DNA from: an uncultured archaeon
Lineage (GTDB): Archaea; Micrarchaeota; Micrarchaeia; Micrarchaeales; CABMGC01
DNA: 32,000 bases
Direction: 5' to 3'
Assembly: GCA_963704435.1 (NCBI GenBank)
Contig: OY969902.1
Location: forward strand, 300,001-332,000
The notes beneath the pieces are model-generated. The model searched no databases. It saw only the letters and a list, made by a program, of their open reading frames with translations, and had not been told where the DNA came from. Below, in pieces: positions 16,777 through 25,011 of this stretch. The translations under genes and the position numbers were made by a program. Position 1 is the first letter of the stretch. Each line of letters starts with the position of its first letter.

Positions 16777-17672
16777 GAGCTCTCCTTCTTTGACAGGAAA
16801 TATCCCAGCGTCAGGTAGATCAGCTTGGCCGTGAGGTAGTCCGGCGCATGCAGGTAGGGTATCGGGCACAGCTCAGTCACGTCCAGCCCGACCAGCGTCT
16901 TGCGCTGGCCCAGCTCCTCTATTATCTGCATCAGCTCGTAGAACCTGAGCCCGTCGGGCTCCGGGGTGCCCACGCTGGGCATCTCGCTCGGATCGAGCAC
17001 GTCGAGGTCTATGGACAGGTAGATCTTTTCGGGGGTCGATTCGACTATCGTGTCTATCGCCTCTCGCATCCCTATCCTCCGCAGGTCCCTCTGGCAGAGC
17101 ACCTTCTGGCGTTCGGCCTTCGCTGCGAAACCGCTGTCCATGCTCCTGACCCCGACCTGAAAGGTCTCGGGGTACAGCTCCCTCGCCCTGGCGATCACCG
17201 TGCCGTGCATGTACCTTGAACTCAGCAACTCCGCCCTTGAGTCGGAATGCGCGTCGAAGCACAGCACACCGAAGTCCGCGTTCCTTTCCTTGAAGGCGCG
17301 AAGGGCGCCCAGGGTTATGGTGTGCTCACCGCCGAGCAGGAGCGGCACCTTCCGGTCCTGCAGCATTATGCCCACCTCCCTCTTTATGGCCTCTATCATG
17401 CTATCGGGGGAGCTCACGTCGGGCGACATCGCCGGCAGCGTGTATATGCCTATGCCGCTTATGTCCGCGCCAAGCTCGTAGCTGTAGAGCTCCATGTTCC
17501 TGCTCGCGTTTATTATCGCGTCGGGACCCTCGCGCGCCCCCGTCTTGTAAGTGGTGGTCGCGTCGTACGGCACCGGAAGAACGGCCACCCTGGCCTTTTC
17601 GTAGTCCTGCTCGTCGATGCCGAACAGGTTGTGCTTCGGCGCCTGGTTCAGCGGAAGTTTCGGGTCTGCCAT
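16773..17672 (-). CDS. speB: agmatinase (ureohydrolase/arginase family)
   Basis: 299 aa with the Mn-binding motifs 'GGEHTIT', 'FDAHSD' and 'SIDLDVLDPS'. Confidence 0.85.
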   Translation of the reverse strand: MADPKLPLNQAPKHNLFGIDEQDYEKARVAVLPVPYDATTTYKTGAREGPDAIINASRNMELYSYELGADISGIGIYTLPAMSPDVSSPDSMIEAIKREVGIMLQDRKVPLLLGGEHTITLGALRAFKERNADFGVLCFDAHSDSRAELLSSRYMHGTVIARARELYPETFQVGVRSMDSGFAAKAERQKVLCQRDLRRIGMREAIDTIVESTPEKIYLSIDLDVLDPSEMPSVGTPEPDGLRFYELMQIIEELGQRKTLVGLDVTELCPIPYLHAPDYLTAKLIYLTLGYFLSKKESS

Positions 17673-17712
17673 TCAAACACGCTCGTAAGTATATGATTGC
17701 CGGAATAGGTAT

Positions 17713-18708
17713 TTAACCGCTCGTTCCTCTCAGAGGAAGGCGCGAGGACCGGCCATTCCCGCCAAGCATCGCCTTTATCCGCTTGAGGTCCTTTTCCAGC
17801 GACGCGGCGTTCGTCGTCGACCTAAGCGCCGCCGCGGGGTGGTACGTTATGAAATAGGTGATTCCGCCCTTCGCAAACGCCCTTCCTCGGCTGCCTGCGA
17901 TCCTGTCGATGCCGAGGACCGATGCGCTCGCCGTCCTGCCTAGGAGTATTATCGTCTTAGGTTTCACGATTCCTATCTGCGCGTCGAGGAACTTCCTGCA
18001 CGCCGCCAGCTCACCGCGCGTCGGCGCACGATTTCCAGGGGGCCTGAATGGAACCATGTTGGTTATGTAGAGGTTCTCCCTTCTCAAGCCCGCCTTCCTC
18101 AGGAGCGACTCAAGCTTCCGGCCGCCTCTCCCGACGAACGGCCTGCCCAGCGCATCCTCAGTAGCGCCTGGCGCCTCACCCAGCAGCATGATCTCTGCGT
18201 CGAGCGGACCCTCTCCTTTCACGAGCTTCTTACTAAGCCGCCATCCCTTGGATTTCGGCGGCAGCCTTGCGTATTCGGAATCCAGCTTTTTCATCCGCTC
18301 GTGTCTGCCGATGTAGTCGAACACGCGCGGAGCTATGCGCTCCAGGTCCCTATATTTTATCCGCTCTGCGAAGCCCTCATAATCCAGCCACTCGTATCCT
18401 ATGTGCTCTCTAGACAACCTGACCCTTTTCGTCCTGGCCTTTCCAAGGAAGAACTTGTCGCGCTTGAGCACTTTCTCCTTCCCCCTTGTGAAGAAGTATC
18501 TCGTCTCCGCAAGGAAGTAGGGTATGAAGGACACCTCCAGGCCTGTCTCCTCCTTCAGTTCGCGGTGCGCCGCATCCGCGGCGTGCTCCCCCTTCTTTAT
18601 GTGACCCTTGGGCAGGTCGCAGTCCTTCACCCTCTTCAGCAGGAGGACCAGCGTCCTTCCGCGCTCGATCCGGTATACGAAGACGCCTGCGGAGTACTCG
18701 AAAATCAT
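17713..18708 (-). CDS. fusion protein: N-terminal NUDIX hydrolase plus C-terminal family-4-like uracil-DNA glycosylase
   Basis: Start taken at the ATG at 18708, an ATGA overlap with the upstream gene. The Nudix box is 'GHIKKGEHAADAAHRELKEETGL'. UDG motif A is 'LLGEAPGATEDALGRPFVGRGG' and motif B is 'TYHPAAALR'. Confidence 0.75.
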   Translation of the reverse strand: MIFEYSAGVFVYRIERGRTLVLLLKRVKDCDLPKGHIKKGEHAADAAHRELKEETGLEVSFIPYFLAETRYFFTRGKEKVLKRDKFFLGKARTKRVRLSREHIGYEWLDYEGFAERIKYRDLERIAPRVFDYIGRHERMKKLDSEYARLPPKSKGWRLSKKLVKGEGPLDAEIMLLGEAPGATEDALGRPFVGRGGRKLESLLRKAGLRRENLYITNMVPFRPPGNRAPTRGELAACRKFLDAQIGIVKPKTIILLGRTASASVLGIDRIAGSRGRAFAKGGITYFITYHPAAALRSTTNAASLEKDLKRIKAMLGGNGRSSRLPLRGTSG

Positions 18709-20246
18709 CGCAATCCCACTATGCCCTCCGAAATGCATAGCGCGGTAAGCATGTTCCTCCTCACTGTGGCGTTTGCGCTCCCTCCGTCAGGACCGTTCAG
18801 CAGCAGGTAGTACGCGGCGCTGTAGCCCGCCGAGCACGTGCTGTTGCGGAGCACGCCAGGGGGTATGACTATGTAGGTCCCGGCAACGGTCGACGAGGAG
18901 TTCTGCAGCGCGAGCGGGAGGTCGGCACCGTATACCACGAACGTCGTCCTGTTGGAGATCACGTCAAGCACCGTCTCGCTTATTCCGGTGGCGCTCACCA
19001 TCTCGAGCTTTCCCGCCACGGTGTCGTTGCTCTCGATGTTCTTGAGGACGGCGGGGTTCGGCCCGCTCATCTGCATCACCACCGGAGACGACACGCTTAT
19101 CGTCTTGTTGAAGAGGTCGAAAAGGACATAGTCCCCCGTCGGGCTTGCTATGGACAGGCTTGTCAGGTTGCTCCCGCCTATCATGCCCGCCACCGAGGAT
19201 TCGACCTCCTTGTTGCTGTAGTTGAACGCCACCCTGTTCGCGAGAATGATTGGGGAGGTGGGAGCAGATACTGAAACGTTCGCGGTCGTGAGAAGGTACA
19301 GCGCGGGGAATGCAAGCGCAAGAAGTATCGCGCACAGGTATATGCCTCCGTTCCCCGATTCTTTCTTTCCCTTCCGCTTGGCAGTCGGGCCCTCCTTAGC
19401 AAGGGACAGGCCGTACTTCCCTGCGACCAGCACCATCGCGGCGATCGCGATGTAGAACAGTATCACACCGGCCGATGCGTGCACGAGGGCGATTATGCTG
19501 CTGGGCCCGTAGGTCAGCCAGGCGAACGATACGCCGAGCATCCTCACGATGTTCAGCACGAACAGCAGCGCAACTCCGCTCGATACCCAGACGACCTTCT
19601 TCCGGTTCTTCCCTGAGTATAAGTATGCGATGGGGACCAGGAACAGCGCCATCGCCACGAAGATCCCCAGGCTTACGCAAGCCTGTCCGATGCCCAGGCT
19701 GTATCCGTTAGCGCTTATCGCTAGCGGAGCGATGTATGACGCGCTCGGCGCGAACAGCTTGATGAAATGGTATACCAGGAGCGTGTTGAAGGATGTGAAC
19801 GCTCCGTAGGAGTTGAGTATCAGGAATAGCACTGCGGGCGACGCGAATACAGAATAGAGCATCAGGCCCCTGAAATTGCTTATGCTGTCGAGGCCGAACA
19901 GGAGGGTAGCGAGCGCCGCGAAGGCCAGCGGCAGCAGGAGCAGGTCGACGCTGAAGCTCGCGAACAGGAAAGACAGGTAGAACCTCGCGAACAGCGAGAC
20001 CAGCACGAACGCCGCGAACATCGCCGAGCCTGCGGCCAGGTCCCTGGCCCCGACGTGCGGCTCGGGCCTCGTCTTCGCGGAGAACAGCACGAAAAGCGGG
20101 ATCATGAGCAGCGGTACGATTATGTAGCTGGAAGGGTCTGTGTCGCTTATGGAGAAGGGAGTAGTAAGGAACGATGATACGAGCAGCACAAGGACTGCCA
20201 CGAAGAAGACGGCTATGCCAACGTTCATGCCATACTTGATTCTCAT
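18705..20246 (-). CDS. archaeosortase/exosortase-family membrane protein with extra TM and about 190-aa extracytoplasmic C-terminal domain
   Basis: 513 aa with a polytopic N-terminal 280 aa. Family-typical residues appear in the expected order: 'GIGQACVSLG' (Cys190), 'LNIVRMLG' (Arg235) and 'LVHASAGVILF' (His256). A basic loop, one more TM, and a sequon-rich domain follow. Confidence 0.7.
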   Translation of the reverse strand: MRIKYGMNVGIAVFFVAVLVLLVSSFLTTPFSISDTDPSSYIIVPLLMIPLFVLFSAKTRPEPHVGARDLAAGSAMFAAFVLVSLFARFYLSFLFASFSVDLLLLPLAFAALATLLFGLDSISNFRGLMLYSVFASPAVLFLILNSYGAFTSFNTLLVYHFIKLFAPSASYIAPLAISANGYSLGIGQACVSLGIFVAMALFLVPIAYLYSGKNRKKVVWVSSGVALLFVLNIVRMLGVSFAWLTYGPSSIIALVHASAGVILFYIAIAAMVLVAGKYGLSLAKEGPTAKRKGKKESGNGGIYLCAILLALAFPALYLLTTANVSVSAPTSPIILANRVAFNYSNKEVESSVAGMIGGSNLTSLSIASPTGDYVLFDLFNKTISVSSPVVMQMSGPNPAVLKNIESNDTVAGKLEMVSATGISETVLDVISNRTTFVVYGADLPLALQNSSSTVAGTYIVIPPGVLRNSTCSAGYSAAYYLLLNGPDGGSANATVRRNMLTALCISEGIVGLR

Positions 20247-20336
20247 GTAAACGCCTTTTGTCCTCCGCCGATATAGACTTCATCACTAGTCAGTAGTTAC
20301 TCTGTTCGTCACTGGACAGGAATATTGGATTAATTG

Positions 20337-20348
20337 TATTATATAAAT
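20337..20348 (+). promoter_or_regulatory. TATA box for archease (short or absent leader)
   Basis: The motif 'tattatataaat' is centred about 25 nt upstream of the ATG at 20367. Confidence 0.45.
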
Positions 20349-20366
20349 GCCTACCCAATCCTAACC

Positions 20367-20807
20367 ATGCCGACCGCAAGATACAGGTACCTGCCGCACA
20401 CCGCGGACATAAAATTTGTAGCGTATGGCAAGGACCTCAGGGAACTGATTGAGAACTCCGCGCTCGCGCTGCTGAACGTCATGCTCGACACTCGGAAGAT
20501 AAAAAGAGGGAAGGGAAAAGCGAAGATGATCGTGATAAATGAGAAGGCAGACATCTGGGAGAACATGATCTGGTATGCGCTCCAGGACATGCTCACCAGG
20601 ATCGATGAGAAGTCGCTGTGCGCATTCGAGTTCAAGGTTAAGTCGCTGTCCATGGAAAAGGGCGGGATATGGATGGCTGGTGAGCTGCGATACAGGGGCG
20701 CGGACGCATCGTGCTTCCTTACGGAGGTGAAGGCGGTGACCCCCTACGACATGAAAGTGAGGAAGACCAAAGGCGGCTACGAGATGGCTGTCGTGCTCGA
20801 CGTGTGA
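20367..20807 (+). CDS. archease
   Basis: Start at the first ATG; the track uses an upstream TTG. 'YRYLPHTADIKFVAYGKDL' is the archease N-terminal signature, and the size of about 146 aa fits. Confidence 0.8.
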   Translation: MPTARYRYLPHTADIKFVAYGKDLRELIENSALALLNVMLDTRKIKRGKGKAKMIVINEKADIWENMIWYALQDMLTRIDEKSLCAFEFKVKSLSMEKGGIWMAGELRYRGADASCFLTEVKAVTPYDMKVRKTKGGYEMAVVLDV

Positions 20808-20815
20808 AGAAGGCC

Positions 20816-22612
20816 ATGGGACGGCCCGCCAGTCTCACCATAAAGATTAAGATGCTACTCGTGCAAAGACACCATAGGGAGAAGATGAGGCGCTTCGGGT
20901 TTGAGATATACATACAGAAAGCGAAGCCCGGCGACACAAGTTGGAAGAATTTTATCAACACCGTATTCGATTACGACAGGGAATTCACGATAGAAGCGGA
21001 ATTTCTTGCGAGCGACGTCAACCTATATCTCTACTCAAACAGGGACCTGTCGAATCTGGCAACGAAGATACTTCCATTCATCCTCAAACCCATCAAGATT
21101 GCGCAGAAGCAGGAGGCATCCCCGCGCAAAATTAGACCGAGGCCGTACTTTTTCCTGCTGCCGGGCAACAAGAACCTGCTGGAGATAAAGGAGCATCAGA
21201 AAATCAAGAATGGCCTGGATCTTAAGAGCGTCGTCTGGCATTTCAGGTCGTTTTTCAGAGTGAAGGTAAACACCATGACCTTCATGTTCGAGGATGGAGA
21301 AGACGGACTGAGGACGGCCAAGAAGTATGCGCTGGGAATACCCTTCCGCCTGCTTGAGCAGATAGACTGGTCCAAGGCCGTCAAGTACAAAAAGAAGGAA
21401 ATGCCCGCATACCTCAACATCGAAAATGAATCCGATCTGTTCGTGCAAGGAAAGTCGGAAAGCATTTTGGAGGTCGATGGGTTCCCATACCTGAACGCGC
21501 AGAGCTACCTGTCGCTCAGGGGCTTCGATTTCGAAAAGCATACCCTGATACTGGGGCAGACTGGGGTCGGAAAATCAAAGCTCATAACCCTTCTTGTGAA
21601 AAGCATGGAGAGGCTTCAGTCAAAGGACAAGTATGCGGTAGTCGTGATAGACCCCCACGCCTCATTGTTCTCTGACTTCGGTGGAGTGAAGGGCGCCGTG
21701 AGCCTGGACTTCGTAAAGTCCTACTGCGACCTGTTCGTCAAGGGCGCGGACCCTAAGATGGCTACCGAGCTTACGCTGCTCCTGTTCAAGACCCTGCTGA
21801 AGGACCAGTTCAATCCCAGGCTCGAGCGCGTGCTGAAGTACTCCTCGTTCTCCCTGATCTCGGCGGGCGCGATGTCGCTCAACAACATGAGGAAGTTCCT
21901 TTCGGAAATCGAGTATCGAAAGGACATACTGGACAAGCTGCCTGACGAGGACGCTACGGCGCACTTCTTCGACACGGACTTCATAGAAGCGCAAACGCAG
22001 TTCTATGACACCGCGATAATGCCCATACTCTCCCTTATCGACGAGCTCAACCTGCTTCCTGTGTTCAAGGAGGGCAGATCCCTGAAGGACGTGATAAGCG
22101 ACAACTTCCTCACGGTGTTCTCCCTTTCGAGGATATCCCTCGGGGACAGGGCCTCAAGGCTCATCGCCGGGCTGCTGATACAGCAGCTGTTCCTGATGGC
22201 GCAGGGCGGGATGCTCCGCAAGAAGGTAATCCTGGTGATAGACGAGGTGCCTATGGTGGAGAACGACGCCATGATAGCCATACTCTCCGAATCCAGGAAG
22301 TTCGGCATGTCGCTGTTCCTCTCCATGCAGTTCCTGGATCAGATAAGCGCGCCGCTGCAGAAGGCGATCCTTTCGAACGTCTACAACTATTTCGTATTCA
22401 AGACCGACGAGAAAGACGCAGAGACGCTCGGAAAGAACCTGTACCTCGACATACCCTCCGAGGTGATGGAGGCGGCGAAGGAGAGGGGCGAGAGCAAGGA
22501 TGACATAAAGAAGAGGCTGTTCACGACGCTCAACGCGAGGGAGTGCATCGTGAGGGTGTACTCGAACGGCAAATACTACCACTGCTTCAGGGCAAAGACT
22601 CTCGAATCGTGA
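20816..22612 (+). CDS. HerA/FtsK-superfamily P-loop NTPase (DUF87-like) with uncharacterised 270-aa N-terminal region
   Basis: The ATG at 20816 lies 8 nt after the archease stop codon. It has Walker A 'ILGQTGVGKSKL', 'VVVIDPHASLF', Walker B 'VILVIDEVPMV' and 'SESRKFGMSLFLSMQF'. Confidence 0.7.
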   Translation: MGRPASLTIKIKMLLVQRHHREKMRRFGFEIYIQKAKPGDTSWKNFINTVFDYDREFTIEAEFLASDVNLYLYSNRDLSNLATKILPFILKPIKIAQKQEASPRKIRPRPYFFLLPGNKNLLEIKEHQKIKNGLDLKSVVWHFRSFFRVKVNTMTFMFEDGEDGLRTAKKYALGIPFRLLEQIDWSKAVKYKKKEMPAYLNIENESDLFVQGKSESILEVDGFPYLNAQSYLSLRGFDFEKHTLILGQTGVGKSKLITLLVKSMERLQSKDKYAVVVIDPHASLFSDFGGVKGAVSLDFVKSYCDLFVKGADPKMATELTLLLFKTLLKDQFNPRLERVLKYSSFSLISAGAMSLNNMRKFLSEIEYRKDILDKLPDEDATAHFFDTDFIEAQTQFYDTAIMPILSLIDELNLLPVFKEGRSLKDVISDNFLTVFSLSRISLGDRASRLIAGLLIQQLFLMAQGGMLRKKVILVIDEVPMVENDAMIAILSESRKFGMSLFLSMQFLDQISAPLQKAILSNVYNYFVFKTDEKDAETLGKNLYLDIPSEVMEAAKERGESKDDIKKRLFTTLNARECIVRVYSNGKYYHCFRAKTLES

Positions 22613-22617
22613 TCCGC

Positions 22618-23355
22618 ATGGACGAGAACAAGGCGAAGCAGATCACCGATTACGTGTTCAAGGACGTCTTCGGGGTCGGAAACCCCTTCTCCCTCGAGGA
22701 GATAAGGAAGAGGTTCGCGTTCGACATCGAGCTCCCGAAGAAAGCGAGGGGCGCGTTCACCGAAGAGGACGTCTGGACCATCTCTGAGACAAAGGACAGG
22801 GTTATAGGGCGGAAGGCCCTCATGGCGCGGATGAAGAAGGACGAATGGATGCTGGAGAAAAAGCCCATAGGTTCGGTGGAGGAACTGCTGGGCCGCTGGA
22901 GCGAGATAAACTACATGCAGGGGGAGCGCTATGAGGACTCCACGGAAGTAGCGGAATCGGATAACGTCTACCACAGCACGTCCGTGTATAGGAGCACGGA
23001 GACGCTCCACTCGCAGAACATCGTATTCTCAAATACAAATTTCGGATGCAGCTACCTCGTCGCCAGTTCGGACAACTCGAAGTGCATCCTGGGCGTGAGG
23101 ATGCGCAAGAGCGTATTCTGCTCCTCGGGATTCGAGATCTCGGGATCGGACAAGGTATCTAAGAGCATGTATATACGCGGATGCACGGACCTGTATGAAT
23201 GCATGTTCTGCTCGCAGCTCAGGTCGAAGAGGTACTGCATAGCGAACATGCAGTTCGAGAAGGGCGAGTACCTCAGGATAAAGGACATGCTGGTTAAGTG
23301 GACCCTGGAGAACTTCGACGCAAAGCTGAAATCGAAGCTGGGCTTGAGCCGATAG
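22618..23355 (+). CDS. hypothetical protein with C-terminal Cys-ladder repeat region
   Basis: The ATG lies 5 nt after the ATPase stop codon. The C-terminal half has roughly 11-12-aa periodic segments ending in 'CTDLYECMFCSQLRSKRYCIANMQFEKGEY'. I cannot name a family. Confidence 0.55.
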   Translation: MDENKAKQITDYVFKDVFGVGNPFSLEEIRKRFAFDIELPKKARGAFTEEDVWTISETKDRVIGRKALMARMKKDEWMLEKKPIGSVEELLGRWSEINYMQGERYEDSTEVAESDNVYHSTSVYRSTETLHSQNIVFSNTNFGCSYLVASSDNSKCILGVRMRKSVFCSSGFEISGSDKVSKSMYIRGCTDLYECMFCSQLRSKRYCIANMQFEKGEYLRIKDMLVKWTLENFDAKLKSKLGLSR

Positions 23356-23480
23356 CGCTGATTTCCGCACAAAATTAAAAAGCCAGGGAAGGGCTGAGGC
23401 AGTTAAGCTTACCCTTTTCTTGGGTAGGCTCATAGGATGACCCTAAAGGTATTAATACGAGTAAATTATTAAGAGTTGGC

Positions 23481-23699
23481 ATGGAACTTTGGAAGAAAAG
23501 GCAGCACCACAACGTTGCCAGGGACACCACCCGGGTTATGAAGCTCGGCAACGCCCAGCTTCTCATCACGATACCGGCGGAGATCGCCAGGTGGAAGAAG
23601 ATCGGCAAGGGTACGCTGCTGAAGTGGTCCGATGCGGGGCAGGACCGCGTACTCGTGGAGGTAAAAGAAGAAACAGTCAGCGAGCTCGCTGGATATTAG
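23481..23699 (+). CDS. AbrB/SpoVT-type (swapped-hairpin) DNA-binding protein
   Basis: 72 aa. 'VMKLGNAQLLITIPAEIARWKKIGKGTLLKWSDAGQDRVLVEV' fits the AbrB/MazE looped-hinge pattern. A TATA-like 'tattaata' lies about 30 nt upstream. Confidence 0.6.
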   Translation: MELWKKRQHHNVARDTTRVMKLGNAQLLITIPAEIARWKKIGKGTLLKWSDAGQDRVLVEVKEETVSELAGY

Positions 23700-23827
23700 T
23701 TGCGGCATTTTCGACGACAAAATGAACTTTCAGACGACAAACCCCCGCCATTATAAATAATATATCGGATATTCACTGGCTACGGTTTGCAGTTTCAGCT
23801 CCGCATTGCGTGCGAGGGTGACGCGCA

Positions 23828-24016
23828 TCACGTTACGTGCCTCATCGGTTGGTCCTCGGGTTCGCCGAGGAGACGGCGGAGCTCCTTAACCCTCGCGAGT
23901 ATGACTGCACTCGGTTCCTTTATGGTCCGCTCCGTGAACTCCCGAAAGTATTCCCTCGACAGCTCCGCAATCCTTAGCCTGATAGCCTCGACGTTTATTT
24001 GCTTTGTTTCTTCCAT
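23828..24016 (-). CDS. hypothetical small helical protein (last gene of the minus-strand block)
   Basis: 62-aa ORF with charged, helical composition, tightly following the upstream micro-ORFs. Confidence 0.4.
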   Translation of the reverse strand: MEETKQINVEAIRLRIAELSREYFREFTERTIKEPSAVILARVKELRRLLGEPEDQPMRHVT

Positions 24017-24249
24017 GTTTTCACCTAATCGTCACCGAGGAGCAGCAAAAGCAGTTCCAGCTCCTCCTCACTCAGCCCTTCCATGCCAGTCTCCTCTTGC
24101 GGGACCGGCGGCAGTTCCTTCTTCTTCCAGGGCCAACCCACTATAACACCCCTGCCATTCGCTTATAAGATGCTTTACAGGTCGCGCACAGGCTCAAAGT
24201 GGCAGTTACACCCATATCCACCTCAGTTGCGAGACCCCTGAACCCCATT

Positions 24250-24684
24250 TTAAGCACCTATTCGCTTATTCCGCTCCAAAGCCATAGTTTCGAGCCACCT
24301 TTTGCGCGATTCTTCCTTATCTTTGAGGTATTTCACCCTCTCCGGCTCGGGCATGGCCGCGAGCTTCGCGTCCTCGCGCAGCTCACGATCCTGCAAGCCC
24401 TTGTTTGGCAGTAATGCCTGCTGCTCAGGTGTGAGGGCCCTGTAAAATGCCTCCCTGAGTTCGCGGGGGACGTGGCAGGTGCGCTGTGGGTCACCTGGAA
24501 GTCCGCGCCGCTGCACTATGAGCCTGCCATCCACGTCCTTATCATAGGTGGCAAAGCAGAGCGGACATTCGTTTGCCGCGCACCTGTGGAACGACCTGCA
24601 CCCGTACTCTTTGGTAAGTTGCGGCGTGCCTGGCGGCGCACTGTCAGGTCCGCATATAAGCTGGTTCTCATTCGTCTTTTTCAT
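24250..24684 (-). CDS. hypothetical Cys-rich (zinc-finger-like) protein
   Basis: 144 aa with an N-terminal 'C..(19)..C....H.C...ECPLC' cluster and a charged helical C-terminus. It overlaps the upstream ORF by 17 nt. Confidence 0.5.
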   Translation of the reverse strand: MKKTNENQLICGPDSAPPGTPQLTKEYGCRSFHRCAANECPLCFATYDKDVDGRLIVQRRGLPGDPQRTCHVPRELREAFYRALTPEQQALLPNKGLQDRELREDAKLAAMPEPERVKYLKDKEESRKRWLETMALERNKRIGA

Positions 24685-24856
24685 GGTTATCCCTCTTGAA
24701 CAGGTAGTAGTTCAGCAGGCCCCACGCCAGCGCCGCCTCCGAACTCGCAAAGCTGAGGAGCTGCATGATAGTCAGGTTTATATCCTCCATGCTGGTCCTC
24801 GGTCTCCTTTCGTAGTTCTTCGGCACGTCTTTGGCAGGATAGGTTGGTTCGCACAT
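24668..24856 (-). CDS. hypothetical small protein with one hydrophobic helix
   Basis: 62-aa ORF in the same tightly packed block. Confidence 0.4.
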   Translation of the reverse strand: MCEPTYPAKDVPKNYERRPRTSMEDINLTIMQLLSFASSEAALAWGLLNYYLFKRDNHEKDE

Positions 24857-24862
24857 GGTAAT

Positions 24863-25009
24863 TCACCCCTTCTTATCGCGCATTATCTTTATCGCATCCT
24901 CGAAGCTGTGCGGTCCATGATGGTTGCGCTCATAATGGCAGCGCAGCAGCAGGGTCCGACCTTCGCCTCTTGGCAAAGTCACGGAAACATTACAGGTTTT
25001 CTTATCCAT
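24863..25009 (-). CDS. possible 48-aa micro-ORF
   Basis: Manual translation gives MDKKTCNVSVTLPRGEGRTLLLRCHYERNHHGPHSFEDAIKIMRDKKG*. Its ATG lies 2 nt after the stop of the 663-aa gene. It ends 6 nt before the next ATG. Confidence 0.3.
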   Translation of the reverse strand: MDKKTCNVSVTLPRGEGRTLLLRCHYERNHHGPHSFEDAIKIMRDKKG

Positions 25010-25011
25010 AG

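Noticed and set aside
16777-16869. Upstream extension of the surface-protein ORF into the speB coding region.
   Set aside because: The extension overlaps 97 nt of agmatinase and is not signal-peptide-like. The GTG at 16776 gives a proper signal peptide and a GTGA junction.
20711-20815. Upstream extension of the ATPase ORF overlapping the archease 3' end. The same applies to 22543-22617 for the next gene, 20334-20366 (TTG) for archease, and 18709-18738 for the Nudix-UDG gene.
   Set aside because: In each case the extension overlaps the preceding gene in another frame. A downstream ATG sits immediately after, or overlapping, the previous stop, and the recognisable protein begins there.
23356-23470. 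Imperfect hairpin 'ccagggaaggg...cccttttcttgg', considered as a tRNA fragment or att site marking the left end of the element.
   Set aside because: No cloverleaf or T-arm consensus could be folded. I could find no matching direct repeat near 30,961-31,012 or elsewhere in the window. The left boundary therefore remains undefined.
23375-23720. Minus-strand ORFs of 77 and 83 aa across the AbrB-like gene and its upstream region.
   Set aside because: They are antisense to a plus-strand ORF that has a recognisable fold pattern and a well-placed TATA-like box. Neither antisense ORF has any motif.
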